From Methanobacteriota archaeon (lineage in GTDB: Archaea; Thermoplasmatota; Poseidoniia; Poseidoniales; Thalassarchaeaceae): 55,526 bases of DNA. Within the stretch, counting starts at the first letter, position 1. Each line of letters opens with the position of its first letter. The stretch lies in NCBI GenBank assembly GCA_002708695.1, contig PAOZ01000044.1, positions 1-55,526 of the forward strand, written 5' to 3'. The position numbers were made by a program, and so were the translations under genes. The notes under the pieces were generated by a model. The model searched no databases. It was given only the letters and a program-made list of their open reading frames with translations, and had not been told where the DNA came from. Positions 39,696-48,201 of this stretch are shown here, piece after piece.

Positions 39696-39812
39696 ATGGA
39701 ATTACAACAGATTGTTTCCGTTTTCATATGTTGCGGAGTTCTTCTGGCCTTTCCATTGGTGTATCTACTCCCCCCACTTCTTGATTCTATGTTTTTAGAA
39801 CAAGAATCTTGA
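39696..39812 (+). CDS. Possible 38-aa single-TM small protein (MELQQIVSVFICCGVLLAFPLVYLLPPLLDSMFLEQES)
   Basis: ATG-TGA frame in an otherwise empty gap; clear hydrophobic helix and acidic tail. Confidence 0.5.
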   Translation: MELQQIVSVFICCGVLLAFPLVYLLPPLLDSMFLEQES

Positions 39813-39855
39813 ATTTCTTGTCTGATGATCATTTTACCTCTTTAAGTCATAAGAA

Positions 39856-40494
39856 TCATTCTTCACTATGAATTTTATTGAATTGTCTGCCCGCCATAGA
39901 TCCTGCTTCATATGGTTCTATCTCATGATCGACAATCAAGTGACGTAGAACCAAATGTCGAGGCATTTTCTCTCCACAAACAGGACAGTCAGCTATAGGC
40001 ATTAATTTCCGACCTAGGAATTCATCTCGTCCTTCTTGAGTCATCAATTTTCTAAGAGTTCGCAATCCAGCAAAAAATAGAATGAACAATAGACAACATC
40101 CACCGCAAGCGAAACCACCGATTGTACTAGAGACTCTTGGGTCCTGTGTTAGGTAAATATCGAATTCTTGATTTCTTGTATCAGAATTTGAAGAAGAATT
40201 CCAATCAATAGTTAACTCTGCGAATTGTCCAGCAACTAATAGTGATATATTTTCTCCATGATCTTCAGGAAATACATCTAGTGTAATACTGTAAAATCCA
40301 GAATAATCGGTAATTGTTTGCAAGTTTGAATTAAGATCACAAACGTCATTTCCTGAACATTGGATAACAATTGGTTCATTTGTTAATGGCATATTGTCTT
40401 GAGTATACACTTTCCCATATACTTCATACTCTTCAGCAGTAACTAACGGAGCGAGGAAAATTATTACCAAAAGGGATAACAATAGGGTGCGCAC
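39856..40494 (-). CDS. Single-pass membrane protein with extracellular Ig-like domain and cytoplasmic C2H2-type zinc finger
   Basis: Signal peptide, TDYSGFYSITL, TM (GGFACGGCCLLFILFF), then CPVC-x11-H-x4-H. Confidence 0.72.
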   Translation of the reverse strand: MRTLLLSLLVIIFLAPLVTAEEYEVYGKVYTQDNMPLTNEPIVIQCSGNDVCDLNSNLQTITDYSGFYSITLDVFPEDHGENISLLVAGQFAELTIDWNSSSNSDTRNQEFDIYLTQDPRVSSTIGGFACGGCCLLFILFFAGLRTLRKLMTQEGRDEFLGRKLMPIADCPVCGEKMPRHLVLRHLIVDHEIEPYEAGSMAGRQFNKIHSEE

Positions 40495-40557
40495 ACTAAT
40501 TCCAGTCTCTAATCATGCATCAAATGATGTATTATTCTTGATGCGGGTGAAGAGTCC

Positions 40558-41142
40558 TCATTCTGCCATTCTTCGTGAAATAAACCAGATACAAAACACA
40601 ATGGAAGCGGGCAATAAGTTACAGACTACTAGACCTAAATTTTGAGCCATATCCCAATCCTCAGGTTGAGTCGGGATGTCTACCTCGCAACCATACATCG
40701 GATCATCTCCACACTTCCATTCTCCGCCTTCTTGGGTATATACTGTGAAGGCGACAGAGTTGAAGACGGCTGGTCCAATGAGTATCAACAAAGCTACACC
40801 TATCAGCATTGAAGAACGAATTGGTTTTTTCAAATTACCATTGTATGCGGTGAAAGCGAACGGCGCCGCACTTAGAAGACCGATCATAATCATGAACCAA
40901 TTCATAGGATTCCCATTTTCATTAAATCCTAGTTGAGGCCCTAGGTATGAGTCCACCAATAATCCAAGATAGAGTAAAGAGAGGGTGAGGATACCTAGTA
41001 TCCATAATCCTGTTAGAGCGATTTTCGCTATCTTATTCTCAAGGCGCAGGAATATCCAAGGTGAGACTACGATGACGATGGCTGAAATCCACTTGATGAA
41101 TTCAATGGCAACCTTATCTCCTGGAGACAAACCAAAAATCAT
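40558..41142 (-). CDS. Hypothetical multi-pass membrane protein
   Basis: Five hydrophobic helices and an extracellular-looking C-x7-C loop. Confidence 0.7.
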   Translation of the reverse strand: MIFGLSPGDKVAIEFIKWISAIVIVVSPWIFLRLENKIAKIALTGLWILGILTLSLLYLGLLVDSYLGPQLGFNENGNPMNWFMIMIGLLSAAPFAFTAYNGNLKKPIRSSMLIGVALLILIGPAVFNSVAFTVYTQEGGEWKCGDDPMYGCEVDIPTQPEDWDMAQNLGLVVCNLLPASIVFCIWFISRRMAE

Positions 41143-41184
41143 GAATCAATCCAACCTCATTCACTCAATAGTTTTAATGTATCA

Positions 41185-44100
41185 TCATCGCATTTCATCT
41201 TCTTTTTGCATGTCTTCTACAACAAGATAAGTTTGATTTTCAGGCATAGCTTCCATTGAAGATAGCTGTTGTTTCCTTGCTTCAAACATATCATCGAGTT
41301 CTACCCTAAGTCTTTCCAATCGGATTCCTTGATGTGGGCCTATTAGTCTCAGCATTAGGGCATATTCACTATCTAATGCAATTTCTTCTAATTCATCACG
41401 TGATGTGGCATTTCGAAGTCTTTGTTCAAATCGAGAAGTTCTTTTATTTCGAGTAAGGAATCCAAATGCAATCCAAATGAACAAAGGAATTCCCCCCATC
41501 ATTCCAATCAAATCCCATGCTCCAAGTCCAACTGTTGTACCAGGTACTACGATTTCAAATGGTTCAACTGGCATACTTAATGCATCTCGGGAATCAGTTC
41601 TTTCTCGGTCCTCAACTGCATCAGACCATCCATCTCCATCATCATCAGTATCTTCGTTATCTCCCAATCCGTCTCCATCGAAATCAAAACATTCTGTAGG
41701 ATCTTCAGGAAATACATCTGGATTCAATCCCTCATCCATACAACCATCAGCATCAAGATCACCAGGACTTGCAAATTTCGGAAGAATGTCGATGGCATCT
41801 ATGAATCCATCATTATCAAAATCAAACAGATGAAGGTCAGGTTCTGTTCCAGATTGGTTATCTCCTAATCCGTCTCCATCAGCGTCTTCCCATTGAGTAG
41901 GATTATCTGGAAACAAATCAGCTAATCTACCGCCTAGGTTATCGCCCCACCCGTCGCCGTCTCTATCGGAATGTTGGGTTGCATCTGTAGGGAATTTATC
42001 GGGATTAAATCCTGTTTGATTATCTCCAAAACCATCTCCATCTATATCTGACCATTGACTCGAATCATTTGGGAACTTATCTGCTCCACTTCCTGTAGGA
42101 TTATCTCCAAATCCATCTCCATCAGAATCTAATTGTTGTGATGGGTCAAATGGGAAGTCATCTGCGTTATTTCCTATACCATCTCTATCAGAATCTTCCC
42201 ATTCATTGGGGTCATTCGGGAATTCATCTCCTCTTTCTCCAAATGGGTTGTCCCCAAACCCATCTCCATCTGAATCTGAGTATTGAGATTCTTCATTAGG
42301 AAATACATCATCCTCGTCTGCAACTCCGTCTTTATCGGAGTCCTTCCATCTGGTGGGATCGTCGGGGAACTGGTCGCCTTCTGAACCAAATGGATTATCT
42401 CCATGCCCATCGCCATCTCTATCTGAATTTTGAGTTGGATCAAGGTCGAATGCATCAGCATTATCTCCTACTCCATCAAAATCGAGGTCACTCCATTCTG
42501 AATTATTGTTCGGAAAAGGGTCACGAATATCTGGCCTTGTATCTCCGTCGGAGTCCACACATCCCTTTTCGTAAGCATAACTCGAATTGCCTGCCTCTCG
42601 TGGGCACAAGTCTTCGTAGTCTTCGAATCCATCACTATCATCATCAAGATCCTCCAGAGCATCCATGCAACCATCAGAATCGAGATCGTTTGTTGAGTTT
42701 GAAATCCAACCGGTTAAACCCTTTGAACATGAATCTCCATAATCCTCCATGCCATCGTTATCATCATCTGAATCTTCAGAAGAATCCTCACAACCATCGC
42801 CATCATGATCGAACAAAGTAATAGATTGGAAACCAAGAGGAGAGAAACGACAATCGTCTAAAATATCTAAGACAAAGTCATTGTCAGTATCATCGTCATT
42901 GATGTCAGGGATTCCATCTCTGTCATAATCGGAAGATAGTTTAGTCAAGAATACATCAATGTTCCCAATACCCCCAGAAGATTCATCTCCAAATACTAAA
43001 TTTCCATTGGATTCTCCACCAACGTAGATATTTCCAGCACTATCATTTCCGATATGGGAACCTCGAGCACTATCGTAGCTTCCGCCTGAAAGACCCCATA
43101 CAGAAGATGTAGACTGGTTGAATTTCAGAAGAAATACATCACTTCCTCCGCCTGACGGATTGAGTGATACCGAACCCATGGAAAATGTTCCTTCAAATTC
43201 GCCAGTAACCAAAAATCCTCCATCCGAGGTTGCAAGAACATCATGTGCAATTGAACTGCTTCCAGAATCAATTTCTAGTGCATTCACCCAATATCCTGTT
43301 GAATTTAATTCGGCGACAAATCCATGTTGGGTACCTCCGGTACTGAGTGAAGAGCCCCCTAATTCCAGATATCCATAGAAATATCCTGCCGTGTAAACAC
43401 TTCCGTTTCCATCTACTGATATGCTCTTAATCGTTGAGCTACTGGTAGGAAATGATGCCGTAGAGAACCACTCATAAACACCATTTGAATCAATTTTAAG
43501 AGCAAACAATCGCGCTGTACCTGAATAATAATTCATATTTGTGCCATTGACATTGATTGAAAGAGAACCAGAAAAGTACCCTCCTAGGAATAGATTATCA
43601 GAATAATCCAACTCTAAATCTTCAATATGGAAATTGCCATTTGAGGGATAGAAAGTAAATTCAGTCTGAGTTAGGCCTGATTGATCAAAACTCAGGATTT
43701 TATTTCCATTAGAAACTAATAATTCACCATTTGATTTCAAGGCAATATTCGTTTCTGCGTTAGTAGGAGCATCCAACTTAGATGCCCATTCCCATACTCC
43801 ATTGGGTAATAATTTACCAATATATCCATCTACAACTGACAATGAGATATTATCGAAATAGTATGTTCCAGTTCCCGCAGCTGCATACAGATAGGTACTC
43901 TCATTCGAATCAACTTCAATTGAAATCTGTGAGTATGTACTCCCAGTTATTCTAGGTGTATGTTGATTTCCTGAAACTGTATTTATCCAGTCACATGTCC
44001 CATTCTTGTTTATTTTTGCAACGAATACTGCGTTCGCTGACGACCAATAATTTGGGGCCATGTACCCAGTACATGTATCAATCACAATTGATGACTTGAA

Positions 44101-44346
44101 AGACCCAGATATGATTACGTCTCCATCAGGGAGCACAACCATTTCTCCGATATTATCGTCATCAGATGACCCTCCAACCGTCAGCCATTCCCATGCTTTA
44201 CGATCTGTTGAGGATGAATCGTATCTGTGATCTAGTGATTTGAGTCCTCTCATTTCTTCATACTCAAAGGCAATAAGAGTAAACGATGCAAGCAAGAGAA
44301 TTAGAATCGAGAGCATTGCTCTGATACTCGCCCTTCGTCCTACCAT
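41185..44346 (-). CDS. Large surface protein: beta-propeller repeats plus long TSP3-like Ca-binding repeat stalk and TM anchor
   Basis: D..GN.Y.GG.F.G / DVFL.K blades, then many DSDGDGFGDN..G..D.FP.DP.QW units, then a C-terminal TM. Start placed at MVGRR to avoid overlap with the upstream gene. Confidence 0.85.
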   Translation of the reverse strand: MVGRRASIRAMLSILILLLASFTLIAFEYEEMRGLKSLDHRYDSSSTDRKAWEWLTVGGSSDDDNIGEMVVLPDGDVIISGSFKSSIVIDTCTGYMAPNYWSSANAVFVAKINKNGTCDWINTVSGNQHTPRITGSTYSQISIEVDSNESTYLYAAAGTGTYYFDNISLSVVDGYIGKLLPNGVWEWASKLDAPTNAETNIALKSNGELLVSNGNKILSFDQSGLTQTEFTFYPSNGNFHIEDLELDYSDNLFLGGYFSGSLSINVNGTNMNYYSGTARLFALKIDSNGVYEWFSTASFPTSSSTIKSISVDGNGSVYTAGYFYGYLELGGSSLSTGGTQHGFVAELNSTGYWVNALEIDSGSSSIAHDVLATSDGGFLVTGEFEGTFSMGSVSLNPSGGGSDVFLLKFNQSTSSVWGLSGGSYDSARGSHIGNDSAGNIYVGGESNGNLVFGDESSGGIGNIDVFLTKLSSDYDRDGIPDINDDDTDNDFVLDILDDCRFSPLGFQSITLFDHDGDGCEDSSEDSDDDNDGMEDYGDSCSKGLTGWISNSTNDLDSDGCMDALEDLDDDSDGFEDYEDLCPREAGNSSYAYEKGCVDSDGDTRPDIRDPFPNNNSEWSDLDFDGVGDNADAFDLDPTQNSDRDGDGHGDNPFGSEGDQFPDDPTRWKDSDKDGVADEDDVFPNEESQYSDSDGDGFGDNPFGERGDEFPNDPNEWEDSDRDGIGNNADDFPFDPSQQLDSDGDGFGDNPTGSGADKFPNDSSQWSDIDGDGFGDNQTGFNPDKFPTDATQHSDRDGDGWGDNLGGRLADLFPDNPTQWEDADGDGLGDNQSGTEPDLHLFDFDNDGFIDAIDILPKFASPGDLDADGCMDEGLNPDVFPEDPTECFDFDGDGLGDNEDTDDDGDGWSDAVEDRERTDSRDALSMPVEPFEIVVPGTTVGLGAWDLIGMMGGIPLFIWIAFGFLTRNKRTSRFEQRLRNATSRDELEEIALDSEYALMLRLIGPHQGIRLERLRVELDDMFEARKQQLSSMEAMPENQTYLVVEDMQKEDEMR
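41600..42930 (-). repeat. Coding array of degenerate TSP3-like DxDGDG repeats
   Basis: Many DxDxDG(x)GDN units in the translation. Boundaries approximate. Confidence 0.75.
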
Positions 44347-44383
44347 GTGTGGAGAGGGAGGCAGTATAGAAATGAAGGATTCG

Positions 44384-45244
44384 CTACTGGTTTTTCTCAA
44401 TACAATAGGGGCAATGTTTCTCAATCACATAATCTTCTGATTTTTGTTCCTCTACTGAAAGTGGATTTCGACATTCAAAACATAGTACATGGTCACTTTC
44501 TTCTAATTCTGGAGTGATGGACACTCGTTTATCGAATACGAAGCAATCTCCATTCCAATGTGCTCCGCCACATTCTTTGAAGTAACCAAGAATTCCTCCT
44601 TTGATTTGGTATACATTTTCCCACCCTTGATTTTCCATCACCACACTCGCCTTTTCACATCGGATACCGCCTGTACAAAACATTACTACAGGTGTTGATT
44701 TGTCTTGTTCTAATTTCTGAGTAGATTCCGGAAATTCACGAAATGATTTGATGTCGAGATCAATGGCGTTTTCGAAAGTACCAACTCGTAATTCGTAGTC
44801 GTTACGCGTGTCTAACACCATCACTTCTTTTCCTTCGTCTAACCATTTCTTGAATTCTTGAGGTTCAATGTATTGTCCTGTACGTTCTGCGGGCCTAATT
44901 TCATCCATACCCAATGAGATAATCTCATTCTTTAGACGAACAAGCATTCGCTTGAATGGCTGGTATTCAGAGTAGGAGATATGTAGTGGAATACCTTGTA
45001 AACGCTCGTCTTTTTCTAAATATGTTACATACTGGTCTATTGATTTCTGTGTGCCAGCTAGAAAGAAATTGATTCCATTATGGCTGAGTAACACCGTTCC
45101 TTTTAGTCCAAGTTCTAGGCAGTGTTCTAGCAATGGTGCCCTTAATGCATCTCTATCAGGAAGATCGATGAATCGATATCCTGCGATATTGACATAAGTT
45201 TCCGTGTCGAGCATACTCGATGCAGATACACTCTCCGCTACCAT
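44384..45244 (-). CDS. trhO: Rhodanese-domain protein of the TrhO/YceA (UPF0176) family, putative O2-dependent tRNA U34 hydroxylase
   Basis: YRF, LKGTVLL..GIN, F.RM.VRLK.EII, LDTRNDYE..VGTF, FCTGGIRCEKA, GGILGY, G.CFVFDKRV, C..C...CPYC. Confidence 0.82.
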   Translation of the reverse strand: MVAESVSASSMLDTETYVNIAGYRFIDLPDRDALRAPLLEHCLELGLKGTVLLSHNGINFFLAGTQKSIDQYVTYLEKDERLQGIPLHISYSEYQPFKRMLVRLKNEIISLGMDEIRPAERTGQYIEPQEFKKWLDEGKEVMVLDTRNDYELRVGTFENAIDLDIKSFREFPESTQKLEQDKSTPVVMFCTGGIRCEKASVVMENQGWENVYQIKGGILGYFKECGGAHWNGDCFVFDKRVSITPELEESDHVLCFECRNPLSVEEQKSEDYVIEKHCPYCIEKNQ

Positions 45245-45480
45245 CGCTTATCGGGTATAGCCGCTTCTTCTTCAATGGAACGGAAATCAGATACAACTGT
45301 CCATGCTTCAATTTGATTTTCTACCCATTGTGATTTCTCTGAATTCATGTGGTTAAATATGCCACATGAACAGACAAATTTCCATGATCTTCTTCGATTT
45401 CCTAACCTCACTCTTGTTACATTTACATTCCATCTCCCACATTTGCATCTCCATATGCATGGTTTTTTCTCTCTATCCAT
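45238..45480 (-). CDS. Small putative zinc-binding protein (CKCG...CSCG)
   Basis: Two CxCG motifs; stop overlaps the trhO start. Start uncertain (45480, or up to 45594). Confidence 0.5.
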   Translation of the reverse strand: MDREKKPCIWRCKCGRWNVNVTRVRLGNRRRSWKFVCSCGIFNHMNSEKSQWVENQIEAWTVVSDFRSIEEEAAIPDKRW

Positions 45481-45747
45481 ATTTGTTTCATATCTTATTC
45501 GCCGTTTTCGGGAGGCAAGTGTGATTGAGTAAGGCATTCTAATTCGATTTGTTCCGAGTGTGCCTTTCCACCAAGGACTAAGTTTTCTCATCAATCCATC
45601 TCCTTCTACCTCTTTGGAAGCAGAACTCGACTACCGTTTGATTCACCATATGGAGCGTATGAATGGAGAGAGGGAGTTCGAGAAAGATGCTGAATGTGAT
45701 TTTTCATCCTGCGTCAAGTCTAACTCATTGGCTGTTACTGGCAGCCT

Positions 45748-46338
45748 ATGATGGCAGCAATGCAACGCTTCCGTCTTTTTTCGATTTTGTTGTTAATTCC
45801 AAGTATGCTTTTGCCTGTATATCTAAACGGTCCACGATATCTATACCTATATGCGACTCAGTGGTCAATCGAATTAGCAACATTTGCATTGTTAATCGGA
45901 TATTTACATGAACGATATCCTAAATGGAATTTAGAAAAGATTGCCAGTGCATCTCTTGGAGCCGCAATATATCTTGCATTGGGTACAATGGTAGGTTTTT
46001 GGGTTGCCTTTGCTAGAGTTTATTTTCCCTTAATAAGCACATATTGGATTGTTGCACTTACTTGGAGCCACATTATTCCACAAGTGATTTTGTTAATCAA
46101 TTTACGATTTTCTAATATTCAAATAAGATTATGGCACGGTTTTCTTGGAGCGATTATTGCTACAATTTACTTGCTAATCGATTGGTATAGAGTGGTCATA
46201 AATGACTTGCCTACAACATACGAATTTTTGAGTTGGGAAGCAAGTGATTCTTTTATCAAATCCTCATTTTTCGTTTTGGGTTCGATACTCGTTTACATCC
46301 TTGTAATGAGGGTAAATTTACGGTTTCCAGCTAGGTAA
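45748..46338 (+). CDS. Hypothetical multi-pass membrane protein
   Basis: About six TM helices with Y.TQWS, H..P and Y.FL.W motifs reminiscent of the FAR-17a/AIG1-like family (tentative). Confidence 0.65.
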   Translation: MMAAMQRFRLFSILLLIPSMLLPVYLNGPRYLYLYATQWSIELATFALLIGYLHERYPKWNLEKIASASLGAAIYLALGTMVGFWVAFARVYFPLISTYWIVALTWSHIIPQVILLINLRFSNIQIRLWHGFLGAIIATIYLLIDWYRVVINDLPTTYEFLSWEASDSFIKSSFFVLGSILVYILVMRVNLRFPAR

Positions 46339-48171
46339 GTTTTCATTTTCTTGTAATCGTAGAATACTCGTTCCGGGAATACACTTGACTTGTTTCCTTC
46401 TCGCAAACTCGCCAGGTTCAGCGTTAATGATTGCGATTATATCTCCTCTATTCACTCCATTTGATGTCTCAGGAACATTCATTTTGAATCCGATTACATT
46501 GATTACGCCCGTATGGTCAATCATTGTGATAGACCATCTATCTGAATATCGGCCATCTGGTAAAGTTCCCTTTTGGGATTCTACTGACCAAACTCTGCCT
46601 ACAACGTTAACCCTCGGGTGTATCTCGATAATTTCGATATCTGTTGGAAGTGTTCCTTCTGATAGTTCAATACTTGCATATTGGTCAATTGAAATCTCTG
46701 TTTTACCTCTCCATAGACTTGGTAATCCTCCACGAACTCTGACTTTAACTCCCTTGCGAAGAGATCTAGTTACATTTTTTGGGGCTGTATTCCAAGCATT
46801 TTTTACAGTGACATTATCTAGACCCTGTCTAAGTTCGAATTCAAAAATCACGCCACCATCTTGTAATTTCGGCTCTCGTGGCATTGAGAAAATTTCTCCT
46901 TCTAGATCTACTCGTGTTACTATGTCATTGACGGGAGTTAAGAGTAATTCTCGACCTTTGATTTGAACGGTCTTGTTATCGGGAAGTAGTGCGTCATGGC
47001 CTCCATTCGGACATAATGCCACATATGGACACGTTTTGCAACGTTCAGTAACAACTTCTGATTTTCCTACGAGAATACCTCCTTCTTCAAAATAGTAAAT
47101 TGGACTTGGATTTGGAGGGGCATCATCTTCAGATTTCACGTCTGTTAGAATTTTGTACATTTCTTCCATTTCTTTACTAATTTTGATCAATTCATTTTCA
47201 TCAGGAGCGTCCACTATTTTTCTTCGCCCTGGTCCCAAATACCAGATTTCAAGCCCATCAACAATTATTTCTCTAGAATGCGTTTCCCACCATAGCCATG
47301 AATAAAGTCTCAATTGTTCAGAATACAATCTTGATCGGTCATTATTTCCCATAGATGCTTTAAGATCAATAATCCTAATTTTCCCATCCCATCGATATAC
47401 TAAGTCATATTCTCCCTGAAACCATTGCTCTGGATGAATTGTTTGCATCGAGAAAGGGCGAGCATCTGGATCAACAAACCATGGCCTTGCTATAGCCCAA
47501 GATTCGCTCCAAGTTATCGAACCTGTACTAGCTTCAGGAGGCACATGTGTTCCCGAATTTGAGAATCCATCAGGAGCAGGAAATTCACCTCTATCTCCCC
47601 CCTTTCTCCAATTCTTTAGAGCATCATTGGTAAGATTCGAATGACAATTTGCCACTTCTTCCAAGTGAAGATCTATTCCGCGATGAGCCATTTCAATGAT
47701 TTCATTACGATCTAAGTTTTCTGCCCCTCCAATTCTATGAGGGCTAATTAACCAGTTCATTAGTGCTTCATCAGTACACCTTTCCACGTGTGCGTCTATT
47801 CTTGAATGAGCCCATTTTGCTAACTCATCTAGGTCTTTAGGCTGGTTTTTTTCAGAAATTACATCGAGTGTTGGTCCTAACCAACCTTCTTCACTATCCA
47901 CTAAATCTCCATGTTCGTTTAATGGCGAGACTAGAACCCTATCTGGTGAATCGACATGAATTAATGCTGGTGTTTCTCTCAAGACCCTTGATACACATGA
48001 TTCAACTGCATTTCCCCTAACAATTGCAGAGGGCAACGGCTCTTTGATCTTGAGATGATATTGCATCCAGTATTGACGCGGACAACTGTCCCATGCTCCT
48101 ATTTTTGATGCGGAAAGCCGATCCCAACCTTGGACCACAACGTCCTCGGGCGCTAGTATAGTAACCGGCAT
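46318..48171 (-). CDS. PD-(D/E)XK (Cas4/AddB-like) nuclease fused to two OB folds, paralog B
   Basis: LSASKI..WDSCPRQY, GEYDLV, IIDLKAS, QLRLY, CKTCPYVALC; C-terminal OB-like segments (RVNVVGRV...MIDHTGVINV). Confidence 0.82.
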   Translation of the reverse strand: MPVTILAPEDVVVQGWDRLSASKIGAWDSCPRQYWMQYHLKIKEPLPSAIVRGNAVESCVSRVLRETPALIHVDSPDRVLVSPLNEHGDLVDSEEGWLGPTLDVISEKNQPKDLDELAKWAHSRIDAHVERCTDEALMNWLISPHRIGGAENLDRNEIIEMAHRGIDLHLEEVANCHSNLTNDALKNWRKGGDRGEFPAPDGFSNSGTHVPPEASTGSITWSESWAIARPWFVDPDARPFSMQTIHPEQWFQGEYDLVYRWDGKIRIIDLKASMGNNDRSRLYSEQLRLYSWLWWETHSREIIVDGLEIWYLGPGRRKIVDAPDENELIKISKEMEEMYKILTDVKSEDDAPPNPSPIYYFEEGGILVGKSEVVTERCKTCPYVALCPNGGHDALLPDNKTVQIKGRELLLTPVNDIVTRVDLEGEIFSMPREPKLQDGGVIFEFELRQGLDNVTVKNAWNTAPKNVTRSLRKGVKVRVRGGLPSLWRGKTEISIDQYASIELSEGTLPTDIEIIEIHPRVNVVGRVWSVESQKGTLPDGRYSDRWSITMIDHTGVINVIGFKMNVPETSNGVNRGDIIAIINAEPGEFARRKQVKCIPGTSILRLQENENLPSWKP

Positions 48172-48201
48172 AGTATCGATTTTGGCTGGGGGGTATTGAA
48201 C

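Noticed and set aside
39650-39832. 60-aa minus-strand ORF after the tRNA
   Set aside because: No protein-like features; the opposite-strand 38-aa TM ORF is more plausible.
39566-46338. Genomic island integrated at tRNA-Ser
   Set aside because: Downstream genes are accessory-looking, but I found no integrase and no duplicate of the tRNA 3-prime end.
46385-46966. 193-aa plus-strand ORF, and similar antisense ORFs (7662-8153, 48584-49039, 51827-52288, 41405-41833, 54959-55369)
   Set aside because: All are fully antisense to well-supported genes and show no recognisable motifs; they are shadow ORFs.
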